From Terrimicrobiaceae bacterium (lineage in GTDB: Bacteria > Verrucomicrobiota > Verrucomicrobiia > Chthoniobacterales > Terrimicrobiaceae): a DNA stretch of 64,000 bases. Of the stretch, positions 48,804-59,373 are shown one piece after another. The notes under the pieces are model-generated. The model made no database searches, had not been told where the DNA came from, and worked only from the letters and a program-made list of their open reading frames with translations. Location of the stretch: NCBI GenBank assembly GCA_041752695.1, contig JBGSVZ010000001.1, positions 1 through 64,000 on the forward strand, given 5' to 3'. A program made the position numbers and the translations under genes. Within the stretch, counting starts at the first letter, position 1. Each line of letters begins with the position of its first letter.

Positions 48804-50354
48804 ATGTCTGACAAAGTAATTATTTTTGATACCACGCTGCGCGACGGCGAACAATGCCCCGGCGCCAGCATGAACCTGCGCGAAAAAATGGAGGTCGCCC
48901 GCCAGCTGGCGCGCGTCAATGTGGACGTGATCGAAGCCGGCTTCCCCGTCATCAGCGACGGGGACTTCGAAGCCGTTCATTCCATCGCCACCGAAATCCA
49001 GGGTCCGGTCATCTGTGGCCTCGCCCGCTGCGTGGCGAAGGATATCGATGCGGCGGGTGCCGCTGTCAAACCTGCCGACGAACGCGGTCGCATCCATGTT
49101 TTTCTGGCGACGTCCGCCATCCACCGCGAGTTCAAGCTGAAGAAGGCCGAGGAAGAAATTATCCGCATGGCCATCGAAGGCGTCCGCCGCGCGAAATCCC
49201 TGGTGAAGGACGTGGAATTTTCTCCCGAGGATGGCTCCCGCACCGAACCGGAATTTTTGGCCCGTGTCGTCGAGGCCGCCATCGAAGCGGGCGCAACCAC
49301 GGTCAATATTCCCGACACAGTCGGCTTTGCCGTGCCCGAACAATACGCGGCGCTGATTACCTATTTGCGCAGCAATGTGAAGAACATCGATGACGCGGTG
49401 ATCAGCGTGCATTGCCACGACGATCTGGGTCTGGCCGTGGCCAATTCCCTCGCCGCCGTCCACGCCGGAGCACGCCAGGTCGAAGGCACTTTCAACGGCA
49501 TCGGGGAACGCGCCGGCAACTGCGCGTTGGAAGAGGTCGTGATGGCGATCAAAACGCGGGGCGATTTTTACGGAGGCCTGCACACCGGCATCGTCACCCG
49601 CGAGATTCTGAAAACGTCCCGCATCATCAGCCGCATGAGCGGTCTCCACATCGCCCGCAGCAAGGCCATCGTCGGCGAGAATGCCTTCGCCCACAGCTCG
49701 GGCATTCATCAGGACGGCATCCTGAAAAAACGCGAGACCTACGAAATCATGGACCCGCAGGAAGTCGGCTGGGGCGGCACCGAGTTGCCCCTGACCAAAC
49801 ACAGCGGCCGTCACGCCATGGTCGCGCGTCTGGAACATCTGGGCTTCCGTTTGACGGATTCCGAGATCGCCGGCGTGTTCGAGCGTTTCAAGGAAGTCGG
49901 GGACAAAAAGAAATTCGTCTATGACGACGACCTGGCTGCGCTGGTGGAAGATTCCATTTCCGGCGATCAGGAAACCTATTCGCTGGATTATATCCACGTC
50001 ACTAGTGGTTCGACCACGATCCCGACGGCCACCGTCCGCCTCAAAAAAGAGTCAGAGACTCTGCAGGATTCGAGCCCCGGCAACGGCGCCGTGGATGCTG
50101 CCATGCAAGCCATTGATCGTATCGTGAATCGTACCGGCCACCTGGCCCAATACAGCGTCGAGGCCGTCACGCATGGCCGTGATTCCCTTGGCGAAGTGAC
50201 ACTAAAGGTGGATTTTGGTGACGGCGAACTCATCACCGGCAAAGGGGCCAGCACCGACGTGATCGAGGCCAGCGCGCGTGCCTATGTCAATGCGGTGAAT
50301 CGCGCAGAAGTGCTGCACGGCCGTCGGCAAGCCGCCGCCATGGCTCCCATCTGA
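48804..50354 (+). CDS. leuA: 2-isopropylmalate synthase
   Basis: FDTTLRDGEQ, HCHDDLG, GIGERAGN and HSSGIHQDG motifs; C-terminal regulatory domain. Confidence 0.96.
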   Translation: MSDKVIIFDTTLRDGEQCPGASMNLREKMEVARQLARVNVDVIEAGFPVISDGDFEAVHSIATEIQGPVICGLARCVAKDIDAAGAAVKPADERGRIHVFLATSAIHREFKLKKAEEEIIRMAIEGVRRAKSLVKDVEFSPEDGSRTEPEFLARVVEAAIEAGATTVNIPDTVGFAVPEQYAALITYLRSNVKNIDDAVISVHCHDDLGLAVANSLAAVHAGARQVEGTFNGIGERAGNCALEEVVMAIKTRGDFYGGLHTGIVTREILKTSRIISRMSGLHIARSKAIVGENAFAHSSGIHQDGILKKRETYEIMDPQEVGWGGTELPLTKHSGRHAMVARLEHLGFRLTDSEIAGVFERFKEVGDKKKFVYDDDLAALVEDSISGDQETYSLDYIHVTSGSTTIPTATVRLKKESETLQDSSPGNGAVDAAMQAIDRIVNRTGHLAQYSVEAVTHGRDSLGEVTLKVDFGDGELITGKGASTDVIEASARAYVNAVNRAEVLHGRRQAAAMAPI

Positions 50355-50461
50355 GGAAGTCCCCGCCGATGCCCTGACGCCTGGTCTTTGCTGGTCCGCG
50401 ATGACGGGTTAGCGGTTCGGCGGGGATCGTGCTAAGGGTATGGACTACCCAACCGATCACC

Positions 50462-51478
50462 ATGTCCAAAATTCACGCCTACGCCGCCAAGTCCGCCCGC
50501 GGAAACCTCGAACCCTTTGAATTTGATCCCGGCGATCTTAAAGCCGAGGAGGTCGAAATCAAGGTATCGCATTGTGGCATCTGCCACTCCGATCTCTCGA
50601 TGCTCGACAACGACTGGGGTATGTCGGCGTTTCCCTTTGTGCCCGGTCATGAGGTCACGGGGACGGTCATTGCTCTGGGTCGCGAGGCAAAGGGGCTGAA
50701 AATTGGCCAGCGGGTGGGTCTGGGCTGGACGGCACAAAGTTGCCTTTCCTGCCCCCAGTGTATTTCCGGAGACCACAACCTCTGCGCGACCGCGCAAGGC
50801 ACCATCGTTGGTCGCCACGGAGGATTTGCCGATCGGGTGCGCGCCCAATGGACATGGGTGCGTCCGCTTCCCGATGCGCTTGAACTGACCAAGGCCGGGC
50901 CATTGTTGTGCGGGGGGATCACGGTTTTTGCTCCGCTCTTGATCCACAATATTCTGCCCACTGCCCGGGTGGGAGTCATCGGCATCGGCGGTCTGGGGCA
51001 CCTTGCCCTGCAGTTTGCCAACAAATGGGGCTGCGAGGTCCATGCCTTCACAACGAGTGACACCAAGGAAACGGAGGCCCGCCAGCTCGGCGCGCACCAC
51101 GTTCACAATACCAAACGCGAAGGTGCCCTGAAGGCCCTCACCGGAAGCCTCGATCTCATCATCTCGACGATCAATGCTCCCCAGGACGTCGCCGGTCTGC
51201 TTGGGACGCTCGCTCCCAAGGGTCGTCTGCATGGGGTCGGCGCCGTGCTGGAACCGATGGCCGTCCCGGCGCTTAGTCTGATCTTTGGGCAAAAAGAAAT
51301 TTCCGGTTCGCCCACCGGCAGCCCTGGGGCGATTGACGCCATGCTGGCCTTTAGCGCCCGCCATGCCATCGCCCCGACGACCGAATTTTTCCCGATGTCG
51401 AAAGTGAACGAAGCCCTCGATCACCTCCGCTCCGGCAAGGCCCGCTATCGCATCGTCCTGGAGAACGATCTGGGTTAA
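50462..51478 (+). CDS. Zn-dependent NAD(P)H aldehyde reductase/alcohol dehydrogenase (Ahr-like)
   Basis: CHSD, GHE, structural CxxCxxC..C, PLLCGGITV, GIGGLGH and GKARYR motifs. Confidence 0.9.
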   Translation: MSKIHAYAAKSARGNLEPFEFDPGDLKAEEVEIKVSHCGICHSDLSMLDNDWGMSAFPFVPGHEVTGTVIALGREAKGLKIGQRVGLGWTAQSCLSCPQCISGDHNLCATAQGTIVGRHGGFADRVRAQWTWVRPLPDALELTKAGPLLCGGITVFAPLLIHNILPTARVGVIGIGGLGHLALQFANKWGCEVHAFTTSDTKETEARQLGAHHVHNTKREGALKALTGSLDLIISTINAPQDVAGLLGTLAPKGRLHGVGAVLEPMAVPALSLIFGQKEISGSPTGSPGAIDAMLAFSARHAIAPTTEFFPMSKVNEALDHLRSGKARYRIVLENDLG

Positions 51479-51599
51479 ATCGTTGAGGTCGGGCGAGAAG
51501 CCTCCGACCCAACGACAGGTCGGTCGGTGGAAGGAAAGGCCCTTAATTCGCGGGAATTTTCCTCTGTGCGAACGCCTCCCCGCCGATCAACATCCCGCC

Positions 51600-51962
51600 A
51601 TGGCATCGAACGTTTTGGGCAAAGAATTGCAATGTTGCTGCACGAGCCCGATGACCGGGTATTACCGGGATGGCTATTGCCACACCGGCCCCGGAGATTT
51701 TGGGTTGCATACGGTGTGTGCGGTCATGACGGCGGAGTTTTTGGAATTTTCCTTCCAGGCAGGCAACGACCTTTCAACGCCGCGGCCGGAGATGGAGTTT
51801 CCCGGACTGCAGCCGGGAGATCGGTGGTGCATTTGCATGGAGCGCTGGGTTGAGGCTCTCCACGCCGGGGCCGCGCCCGCCCTTATTCTGGAAGCCACAC
51901 ATGCCTCTGCGCTGGAGTTTGTCTCGCTGGAAGAATTGATGGCGCATGCCGCGGATGCATGA
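51600..51962 (+). CDS. DUF2237 family protein
   Basis: NVLG..L..C...PMTGYYRDG.C, GNDLSTP and PGDRWC motifs. Confidence 0.9.
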   Translation: MASNVLGKELQCCCTSPMTGYYRDGYCHTGPGDFGLHTVCAVMTAEFLEFSFQAGNDLSTPRPEMEFPGLQPGDRWCICMERWVEALHAGAAPALILEATHASALEFVSLEELMAHAADA

Positions 51963-52501
51963 AACGCCGCGTTCTCTGCGTGTTGGCTCCGGGGTTTGAA
52001 GAGATCGAAACGGTCACGCCGATTGACCTTCTCCGCCGCGCCGGCGCAGAGGTGGTCGTCGCATCTCTCCAGGGGGAGCCTTGGGTGACAGGACGTAGCG
52101 AGATCACTCTGAAACCCGACGCGGCCCTGGCGGAGGTGGAGTCCGGTGATTTTGATCTGCTGGTGATTCCCGGTGGTCCCGGAGTGGCTGCCCTGCGCAC
52201 CGATGGCCGGGCGGCGCGGCTGGCACGGGAGTTTATCGGGCGGGGCAAACCCGTCGCCGCGATCTGTGCCGGCCCGACCGTGCTCGGTGATGCGGGGGTG
52301 CTGGAGGGAAAAAGATTCACCGCGCATTTCTCCGTGTGGGGCGAGCTGCCGGATGCGCTGGGCGACGAGCGGGTGGTGCAGGATGGCCTCGTGATCACTT
52401 CGCGTGGCGCGGGGACAGCGGTGGACTTCGGTCTTGCCCTCGTCGCGGCGTTATTCGGACCCGACAAAGCCGGGGAGGTAGCCCGGGCCATTATGGCATG
52501 A
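51959..52501 (+). CDS. DJ-1/PfpI (YajL-like) protein
   Basis: GFEEIE, PGG, AICAGP and ITSRGAGTA motifs. Confidence 0.9.
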   Translation: MKRRVLCVLAPGFEEIETVTPIDLLRRAGAEVVVASLQGEPWVTGRSEITLKPDAALAEVESGDFDLLVIPGGPGVAALRTDGRAARLAREFIGRGKPVAAICAGPTVLGDAGVLEGKRFTAHFSVWGELPDALGDERVVQDGLVITSRGAGTAVDFGLALVAALFGPDKAGEVARAIMA

Positions 52502-53220
52502 CCCATCTCGAGTCGGATCGGAGCGAGGATGTGGAGGCCGTGCGCGAATTTTTCGACCAGTGGGGCATTTACCAAAAGGTCGTCCGGCATAATTACCTGC
52601 ATCACCGCGAAGCTTATGCGGTGCTGGCCGAGGTTCTGAATCGCTTTGACCGCCCGTTCCGCTTTTTGGATCTCGGGGCAGGTGACGCGGCGTGGACCGC
52701 CCAGGTTTTGGCGGGCCGTCCGGTTAGTCGCTACGAGGCCGTCGACCTCTCGCCCGTCGCGCTGGACCTGGCGCGGAGAAACCTGGCGGATCTGCCGTGC
52801 GAGAGGGTTTTCACGGCGGGAGATTTTGGGGAAGTGCTGGGGGAGGACGAGAACCAGCACGACCTGATTTTTATCGGCCTCTCGCTCCATCATCTCCCCC
52901 GCAGCGCAAAGGAAACCTTCCTGCCCATCCTGCGCCGCCATCTCGCGGACGGCGGAAGTCTCCTGTTTTATGAACCGATCATGACACCTGGCGAAAGCCG
53001 TGATCAGGTGCTGGTTCGCTGGTGGAGTGTGGTCGTCGAGGAGTGGACGGCATTGGCCATCAAAGAACGCGCCGCCGTTCGTGACCATGTGTTTGGCGCC
53101 GACTATCCCGAGTCCTGCGAAGACTATGCCTGCATGGCTGACGCCGCCGGTTTTGCCGAAACCCGGGTGCATTATCGCGACGAACACGGGCTCTACGCAG
53201 TGATCGAGTGCCGGGGATAA
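52498..53220 (+). CDS. Class I SAM-dependent methyltransferase
   Basis: FLDLGAGD, VDLS and SLHH motifs; ATGA-coupled to the yajL-like gene. Confidence 0.85.
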   Translation: MTHLESDRSEDVEAVREFFDQWGIYQKVVRHNYLHHREAYAVLAEVLNRFDRPFRFLDLGAGDAAWTAQVLAGRPVSRYEAVDLSPVALDLARRNLADLPCERVFTAGDFGEVLGEDENQHDLIFIGLSLHHLPRSAKETFLPILRRHLADGGSLLFYEPIMTPGESRDQVLVRWWSVVVEEWTALAIKERAAVRDHVFGADYPESCEDYACMADAAGFAETRVHYRDEHGLYAVIECRG

Positions 53221-53241
53221 AACCCGGCCACCCGGTTGGCT

Positions 53242-54033
53242 TCACTCAGTTCCATGGCGGTGGAAGCGCGCTTCGTCGGCCCGTACTCCGGTGGCGTATT
53301 TCCAAGCGAGCCGGAAATGCGCTTCGCGCTCCTGCGCCCATTCGCGCAGGGCGAGGGCGTGGTGGAACTGACCGGCGGTTTCCAAGGGCAGTGCGAGATA
53401 TTCAGCCATCTGAGCCACATCCTCGCATTCCTCACTCCAGCTGTCGCAAGCCAGAGGAGTAAACCCGGCGCGGGTGAGCCAGTCGCGCAGTTGGGCGCCG
53501 GCCCGGGTATTGCCCCCGTTGTGCTCCAGGAGGTCGCGATAGGCACGGATGGCTTGGCCCACTTTTTTCGGCAGGGGATCCAGTTCCACCGCGTCCCAAT
53601 CCGGACTGCACAGCCCGATGAATCCACCCGGTCGGGTCACGCGGTGAAGTTCCGTGAGAGCACGTTCGGGATCCCCCAGATGTTCCAGCAAGGCGTGGGA
53701 AAACACCACGTCGAACGAATGATCGGCGAATGGCATCTCGTACGCGGAAGCGGCCACAAAATCGAGGTTCAGGATTTCCCGCCCCTCCGCCAGACGGCGG
53801 GCGCGCTCAAGTTGCGGGCCGGACAGGTCCATGGCCATCACCCGGCCGGGGAAAACCATTTCGGCGATTCCCGTCGTGATCGTGGCGGGGCCGCAACCGG
53901 CGTCGAGGACGTCGAAGCCCGGTTGAAGCAAAGGCGTGAGGAAAAAGCCGTGGCTGTCCAGATCGCGAGCTGCCAGGAAGGCAGTCGCGCTGGGAGTGTG
54001 GCCCGGCGTGTAGTTTTCTGTCGGTGGATTCAT
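53242..54033 (-). CDS. Class I SAM-dependent methyltransferase (UbiE-like)
   Basis: VLDAGCGPA, DLS, MPFADHSFDVV and RVTRPGG motifs. Confidence 0.88.
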   Translation of the reverse strand: MNPPTENYTPGHTPSATAFLAARDLDSHGFFLTPLLQPGFDVLDAGCGPATITTGIAEMVFPGRVMAMDLSGPQLERARRLAEGREILNLDFVAASAYEMPFADHSFDVVFSHALLEHLGDPERALTELHRVTRPGGFIGLCSPDWDAVELDPLPKKVGQAIRAYRDLLEHNGGNTRAGAQLRDWLTRAGFTPLACDSWSEECEDVAQMAEYLALPLETAGQFHHALALREWAQEREAHFRLAWKYATGVRADEARFHRHGTE

Positions 54034-54080
54034 GGATTTGTGTTTGGCAAACCCGCGAGCCGTCATTGACCCTGGAAATG

Positions 54081-54119
54081 AAAAATCCCACGGCCGAGAA
54101 CGGGACCGTGGGTTTTTTT
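54081..54119 (-). terminator. Attenuator terminator hairpin
   Basis: Minus strand CCCACGGTC-CCGTTCTC-GGCCGTGGG-ATTTTTCATTT, between the leader peptide and the methyltransferase. Confidence 0.75.
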
Positions 54120-54133
54120 GGGTGATTATTTGA

Positions 54134-54217
54134 TCAACTCCGTAAAAAGCACACGGTCCCCGGGCCAATTACGGCCTTGGAGACGATGGAAACTTTAACG
54201 GAGACGAGATGAAGCAT
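54134..54217 (-). CDS. Val/Ile/Leu-rich leader peptide (MLHLVSVKVSIVSKAVIGPGTVCFLRS)
   Basis: 27 aa with 6 Val, 2 Ile and 3 Leu. It contains GGGACCGTG, which is complementary to the 5' arm of the terminator. Confidence 0.7.
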   Translation of the reverse strand: MLHLVSVKVSIVSKAVIGPGTVCFLRS

Positions 54218-54329
54218 GTCTGAGAGAGGAGCATTAGTCTTTGTTCGGAGGAAATTCAACAGTTATTCCCCGCTCCCCAGTAATTTTTCTTTGCGGTCCG
54301 GCAGGGCGCGCTTTTACTCGCACCCTTTC

Positions 54330-55307
54330 ATGCGCAACCCCGTTCCCGGTCTGGAGCACTCGTTCCCCTTCGATCCCACTTATGGATATGATTTGGAACG
54401 GCTGTTAAAAGTGCCTGCTCCGGAGGGCCCCGACGACTTTGTCGACTTCTGGCGGGGAACGCGGACGGAGGCGATGGCCGTTCCTCTGCGCCTCGAGAAG
54501 CGCGAAGTCTCCAGTCCTCGGGCGAGCCACAAACTGTTCGAAGTCGCCTTCGATTCGCTTGATGGCGTGCGGATTGGGGCCTGGGTCACCGTGCCGAAAG
54601 ACGGGTCGCGGCAATGCGGGGCGGTGGTCTATCATGGTTATGGCGGACGGGGCGCTCCGGACTTCGGCCTGCCCGGCCCAGCGGGTCCGGCGATTTTTCC
54701 CTGCGCGAGGGGGTTTAATCTCTCCGCCCGGAAGGACATCCCGGGTGACGCCATGGCGCACGTCGTTCATGGGATCAAAACGCGCGCGACCTATGTGCAT
54801 CGCGGGTGTGTCGCGGACGTTTGGGCGGCGGCCTCGGCACTCTTGGAGTTATACCCCAAGGCGGGGGAGGATTTGCGATATCTGGGCGGGAGTTTCGGCG
54901 GAGGCATGGGGGCACTCGCAGTGCCTTGGGAGGACCGATTTCGCACGGCGTTTCTGGATGTGCCCAGCTTCGGGAATCATCCGCTCCGGGTGACCCTTCC
55001 CTGCACGGGCAGCGGCGCGGCAGTGCGCCGCCATTGGCGCAAACACCCCGAGGTACTTGACGTGCTGGCCTATTTTGATGCGGCAACGGCCGCCGGCTAT
55101 ATCACCATTCCCGTTTTCGTGGCGGCGGCGGTTTTCGATCCCGCAGTGCCTCCCCCGGGACAGTTCGCGGTGCATAATGCCATCCCCGAACCTTGTGAAC
55201 TGTTTACCCGCACGGCCGCCCATTTTGCATCGCCCTACGAAGTTCCTGAGGGTAAAAAATTGCACTCTCGTTTGTCCGAGTGGTTCACCCGTCCTCTGGC
55301 CCGCTGA
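54330..55307 (+). CDS. Acetylxylan esterase (AXE1/CE7-like)
   Basis: P.DF..FW, HGYGG, GGSFGGG and FDPAVPP..QFA motifs. Confidence 0.85.
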   Translation: MRNPVPGLEHSFPFDPTYGYDLERLLKVPAPEGPDDFVDFWRGTRTEAMAVPLRLEKREVSSPRASHKLFEVAFDSLDGVRIGAWVTVPKDGSRQCGAVVYHGYGGRGAPDFGLPGPAGPAIFPCARGFNLSARKDIPGDAMAHVVHGIKTRATYVHRGCVADVWAAASALLELYPKAGEDLRYLGGSFGGGMGALAVPWEDRFRTAFLDVPSFGNHPLRVTLPCTGSGAAVRRHWRKHPEVLDVLAYFDAATAAGYITIPVFVAAAVFDPAVPPPGQFAVHNAIPEPCELFTRTAAHFASPYEVPEGKKLHSRLSEWFTRPLAR

Positions 55308-55330
55308 AATTCCATCCCTTCGTCTTTTTC

Positions 55331-57856
55331 ATGAAAACCGTCTCCTGCCTCCACTCCGCACCATGGGAGTTTTTTGAACCGGCTTCGCGCCAGTGGCTGC
55401 CGGCCAAAGTTCCCGGCTGCATCCACACCGACCTTCTTCGCCATCAGCTGATTCCCGATCCCTTCTGGGGCTCGAACGAGACCGAGTTGCAATGGATCGA
55501 GGAGCGCGCTTGGAGCTATCGGTGTCAGTTTACGGTGGATGCCGATCTGCTCGCCAACGAGCACATCGACCTTGTGGCCGGGGGCCTTGATACGCTCGCG
55601 ACAATCCGCCTCAACGGCCGGAAGATTGCGCGGACGGAGAACATGTTCCTGAGTCACCGTCTCGCGATTAAGGAATGTCTTCGCCACGGCGAGAATGTGC
55701 TCGAGATTGATTTTGCCAGTCCCATGGATTTCATCCGCTCGCGACAGAAGCCCTCGGATTTTAAAGAGTGGAACGATCCGGTGAGCGGGAGTTCCCTCCT
55801 CCGCAAAGAACAATGTTCGTTTGGCTGGGATTGGGGCCCGCGCTTCGCCACCGCGGGAATTTACAAAGCCATCCATCTGGAAGGATGGTCGGCCAATCGC
55901 TTCGAAACCGTTCACATCCGGCAGGCTCATCGGAAAGGCGTGGTCGATTTAGACATTTTATCGACTCTTGCCAACAAGGCCCGGGCCGAAATTCGCGGGA
56001 CCATAACCCTCGATGGCAAGGCTGTGGCCACCATCAGCAATCGACCATGCACCATTCGCAACCCCCAACTTTGGTGGCCCAACGGCTACGGTGACCAGCC
56101 GCTTTACACTGTCCGGCTGGAACTCGTGCAGGACGGTCTCGTGCTGGACACGTGGTGCGAACGCATCGGTTTGCGCACCATTGTGCTCGATCGGCACACG
56201 GACCAATGGGGGGAAAGCTTCCAATTTGTCGTCAACGGACGCCCCATCTTTGCCAAGGGCGCGAACTGGATCCCGGCCCACAGCTTTGTCTCCGAAGTGG
56301 ACCACACTTTGTATGACGATTTGCTCACAAGTGCCGTCGAGGCGCACATGAACATGATCCGCGTCTGGGGTGGCGGCATCTACGAGATGGACGATTTTTA
56401 TGATCTCTGCGACGAGAAGGGCCTGCTGGTTTGGCAGGATTTTATGTTCGCCTGTGCCCTCTATCCTGGGGACCCAGCCTATCTCAAATCGGTCAAGGCG
56501 GAGGCCATCCAATGGGTAAAACATCTGGCCAACCGCGCCTGTCTCGCCCTCTGGTGCGGCAACAATGAGATCGAGCAGATGCCCAAGGAGATCCTCCAGA
56601 CCGCGAAACGCAAGAAGGCCTACGACGATATCTTTTACAAAATCCTGCCGGCGGCCGTGTCGGCGTATGATGGAGTGACCCCCTATTGGCCGAGCTCGCC
56701 CCACAATCCGGAGGGGTACGAAAAGGGCCACAATAACGAAAATGCGGGCGACTCGCATTTCTGGGACGTCTGGCACTCGCGCCAGCCGGTGAAACGATAC
56801 GAGGAAAAAAATTTCCGCTTCTGCTCGGAGTTTGGCATGCAGTCCTACAGTTCGCCGGAAGTCGCAGCGACTTTCTGCCGCCCCGAGGACTTTAATGTCT
56901 TTGGTCCCGCGATGGAAAATCATCAGAAAAACGGCGCGGGCAACCTGATCATCCTCGACTACGTCTCCCGGCTTTATCGCATGCCCAAGGACTATGCTTC
57001 GCTGGCGTACCTTTCGCAGCTCAATCAGGCCCACTGCATGAAAGTCGGCATCGAGCATTTTCGGCGAAACATGCCGCGCACCATGGGGGCCCTCTATTGG
57101 CAACTTAATGACTGCTGGCCGGTCTTCTCGTGGAGCAGTATCGAATTCCTTCGCGATAGCGAAAGTTCCCAAGCAGGGAAACATTCTGGAATGGCCCAGG
57201 GGGCAATCAGTGGCAAATGGAAGGCGCTGCATTACGCCGCTCGGCGTTTCTTCGCACCGCTTCTGCTCTCTGCCCATCTTCCCGGGGACGAAAAAACGCA
57301 CATCGGGAATTCCATCCGGAGTACCATCGGAGAGATGCATCTGCACACGGTTTACGACGGTTTGAAAAAAACCTCCGGCCTGATCCAATGGAGTCTCCGA
57401 CATCTCGACGGCCGCATTCTGGAAGGCGGTGAGAAGCGCGTGGCCTTGCGTCCGGACGAAGCGAAACGCCAAAAAACCCTTGATTTTGCCAAGGCGATGA
57501 AAACTTACGGCGCGCGAAATATTTACCTCCGCATTGGCCTGCAGACCGACGATGGCCAGTTTTCGGGCGGTACGGTGTTTCTCACGGCACCGCGGTTCAT
57601 GGAACTGCCGAAGGAGCCCGTCTCGGTGGAGATTTCAGGGGTTTCGGGAAACGCCTTCGACCTCACGTTTGACTCGCCCGCCTTCCACCATCAGGTTCAG
57701 TTCGAAATCGAAGGCGTCCCTCACAAAGCCCTTGATAACTTCTTCGACCTCTATCCCAACGAACCGCGCACTGTGCGGGTGGTGACCCAAAAACTCACCA
57801 CCCCAGGAAAATTGAAGCGGGCCCTCACCGTGAGGTCCCTGGCGGGGAGTTACTGA
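55331..57856 (+). CDS. Beta-mannosidase (GH2)
   Basis: RKEQCSFGWDWGP, GANWIP, RVWGGGIYE, WQDFMFAC, WCGNNE, SEFG and YWQLND.WP motifs. Confidence 0.92.
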   Translation: MKTVSCLHSAPWEFFEPASRQWLPAKVPGCIHTDLLRHQLIPDPFWGSNETELQWIEERAWSYRCQFTVDADLLANEHIDLVAGGLDTLATIRLNGRKIARTENMFLSHRLAIKECLRHGENVLEIDFASPMDFIRSRQKPSDFKEWNDPVSGSSLLRKEQCSFGWDWGPRFATAGIYKAIHLEGWSANRFETVHIRQAHRKGVVDLDILSTLANKARAEIRGTITLDGKAVATISNRPCTIRNPQLWWPNGYGDQPLYTVRLELVQDGLVLDTWCERIGLRTIVLDRHTDQWGESFQFVVNGRPIFAKGANWIPAHSFVSEVDHTLYDDLLTSAVEAHMNMIRVWGGGIYEMDDFYDLCDEKGLLVWQDFMFACALYPGDPAYLKSVKAEAIQWVKHLANRACLALWCGNNEIEQMPKEILQTAKRKKAYDDIFYKILPAAVSAYDGVTPYWPSSPHNPEGYEKGHNNENAGDSHFWDVWHSRQPVKRYEEKNFRFCSEFGMQSYSSPEVAATFCRPEDFNVFGPAMENHQKNGAGNLIILDYVSRLYRMPKDYASLAYLSQLNQAHCMKVGIEHFRRNMPRTMGALYWQLNDCWPVFSWSSIEFLRDSESSQAGKHSGMAQGAISGKWKALHYAARRFFAPLLLSAHLPGDEKTHIGNSIRSTIGEMHLHTVYDGLKKTSGLIQWSLRHLDGRILEGGEKRVALRPDEAKRQKTLDFAKAMKTYGARNIYLRIGLQTDDGQFSGGTVFLTAPRFMELPKEPVSVEISGVSGNAFDLTFDSPAFHHQVQFEIEGVPHKALDNFFDLYPNEPRTVRVVTQKLTTPGKLKRALTVRSLAGSY

Positions 57857-57921
57857 CGCCCCGGAGTCGAAAGGGGCCGAGCCCTCCGCCGATTTGCTGG
57901 GTGAGGTACGGAAAATCGGTC

Positions 57922-59373
57922 TTACTGCTCCACGACAAACAAATCCATAAACTCCCTCACGTTGGTCTTCTGAAGCGTCCCGGGCTCTTGGCAAAGCACG
58001 AGAATCGTATTTGCCTGCGGCTCGGGAATGCGTCCACGGAGATTTTTTTCAAACTTCTCCCGCAAAACCGGAATGCCCTCGGTGCGCCGTCGGCGGTGAC
58101 CAATGGGGTATTCCACCGCCACCTGATCGGTCCGGCTGCCATCGCGGAAAAACACCTGCACGGCGTTGCCGATGGAGCGCTTCGCGGGATCCAGGTAGTC
58201 ACGGGTGTAGGCGGAATTCTCCACCACTTCCATCTTGGCGCGAAGAGCATCGATCCGCGGATCCGCGGCCACGGAGTTTTCATAATCCTCGGCCACCAGG
58301 GAACCCTTGGCGAGAGGAACGGCGACCATGTATTGAAGGCAGTGGTCGCGGTCGGCGGGATTGTCGAGAGGGCCGGTCTTGTCGATGATCCTCTTCGCAC
58401 TCTCCTGGGTTTCGATGACGATCCTCTCGATATCGGCCAACCGGTGGCCGACCTGGGGATGTAAAGTGACAGCAGCTTCCACGGCGGTTTGCGCGTGAAA
58501 TTCCGCGGGAAACGAGAGTTTAAAAAGCACATGCTCCATCACATACGTGCCCAAGCCCTGGGCCGGCATCGTGACGGGCCGGCCTTTGAAGAGGACATCC
58601 TGAAAGCCCCACCCTTTCGCACTGAGCGCACTCGGATAGCCCATCTCTCCCTGGAGGGCAAAGAGAGCGTGACGCACCGCGCGGCTGGTGGCGTCGCCCG
58701 CGGCCCAGCTTTTCCGTGACCCCGTGTTGGGAGCATGGCGATAGGTGCGCAACGCCCCACCGTCGAGGAAGGCGTTGGACACCGCGTTCATGATCTGGTC
58801 GCGCGTCCCGCCCAGCAGCCGGGTGACAACCGCGGTGGAGGCGATCCGCACCAAAAGCACGTGATCGAGGCCGACGCGGTTGAAGCTGTTTTCGAGCGCG
58901 AGCACGCCTTGGATTTCGTGGGCTTGGATCATGGCGAGCAGGACGTCGCGCATGGTGAGCGATTTTTCCCCGCCCCGGCTGAGATAGTCGGCGACCGCCA
59001 GAATGCCGCCCAGGTTGTCGGAAGGATGCCCCCACTCGGCGGCCAACCAGGTGTCGTTAAAATCCAGCCAGCGGATCATCGCGCCGATGTTGAACGCGGC
59101 CTGCACCGGATCGAGTTCGTAGGCGGTGCCGGGCACCCGTGCGCCGCGGCCTGGCATCGTCGCGCCGGGTACGATCGGGCCGAGAAGCTTGGTGCAGGCG
59201 GGAAAATTCAGGGCAAGCAACCCGCTGCCCAGTGTGTCCATCAGACAAAGGCGGGCGGTGTCAAAAGCTTCTTCCCCGGTGATCGCATCCGTCGCGAGAA
59301 CGTAATCGGCAATTTGGGTGAAGAGCGCGTCGGGGTCAGGACGCGAGGCATCGGAGAGGTCGTGATGAGACAT
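57922..59373 (-). CDS. prpD: 2-methylcitrate dehydratase
   Basis: [46 protein letters not shown] and DRDHC motifs. Confidence 0.96.
   Translation of the reverse strand: MSHHDLSDASRPDPDALFTQIADYVLATDAITGEEAFDTARLCLMDTLGSGLLALNFPACTKLLGPIVPGATMPGRGARVPGTAYELDPVQAAFNIGAMIRWLDFNDTWLAAEWGHPSDNLGGILAVADYLSRGGEKSLTMRDVLLAMIQAHEIQGVLALENSFNRVGLDHVLLVRIASTAVVTRLLGGTRDQIMNAVSNAFLDGGALRTYRHAPNTGSRKSWAAGDATSRAVRHALFALQGEMGYPSALSAKGWGFQDVLFKGRPVTMPAQGLGTYVMEHVLFKLSFPAEFHAQTAVEAAVTLHPQVGHRLADIERIVIETQESAKRIIDKTGPLDNPADRDHCLQYMVAVPLAKGSLVAEDYENSVAADPRIDALRAKMEVVENSAYTRDYLDPAKRSIGNAVQVFFRDGSRTDQVAVEYPIGHRRRRTEGIPVLREKFEKNLRGRIPEPQANTILVLCQEPGTLQKTNVREFMDLFVVEQ

Noticed and set aside
51480..51515. Hairpin after the alcohol dehydrogenase as a REP or terminator
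   Set aside because: No GTAG foot and no U-tract; function cannot be assigned.
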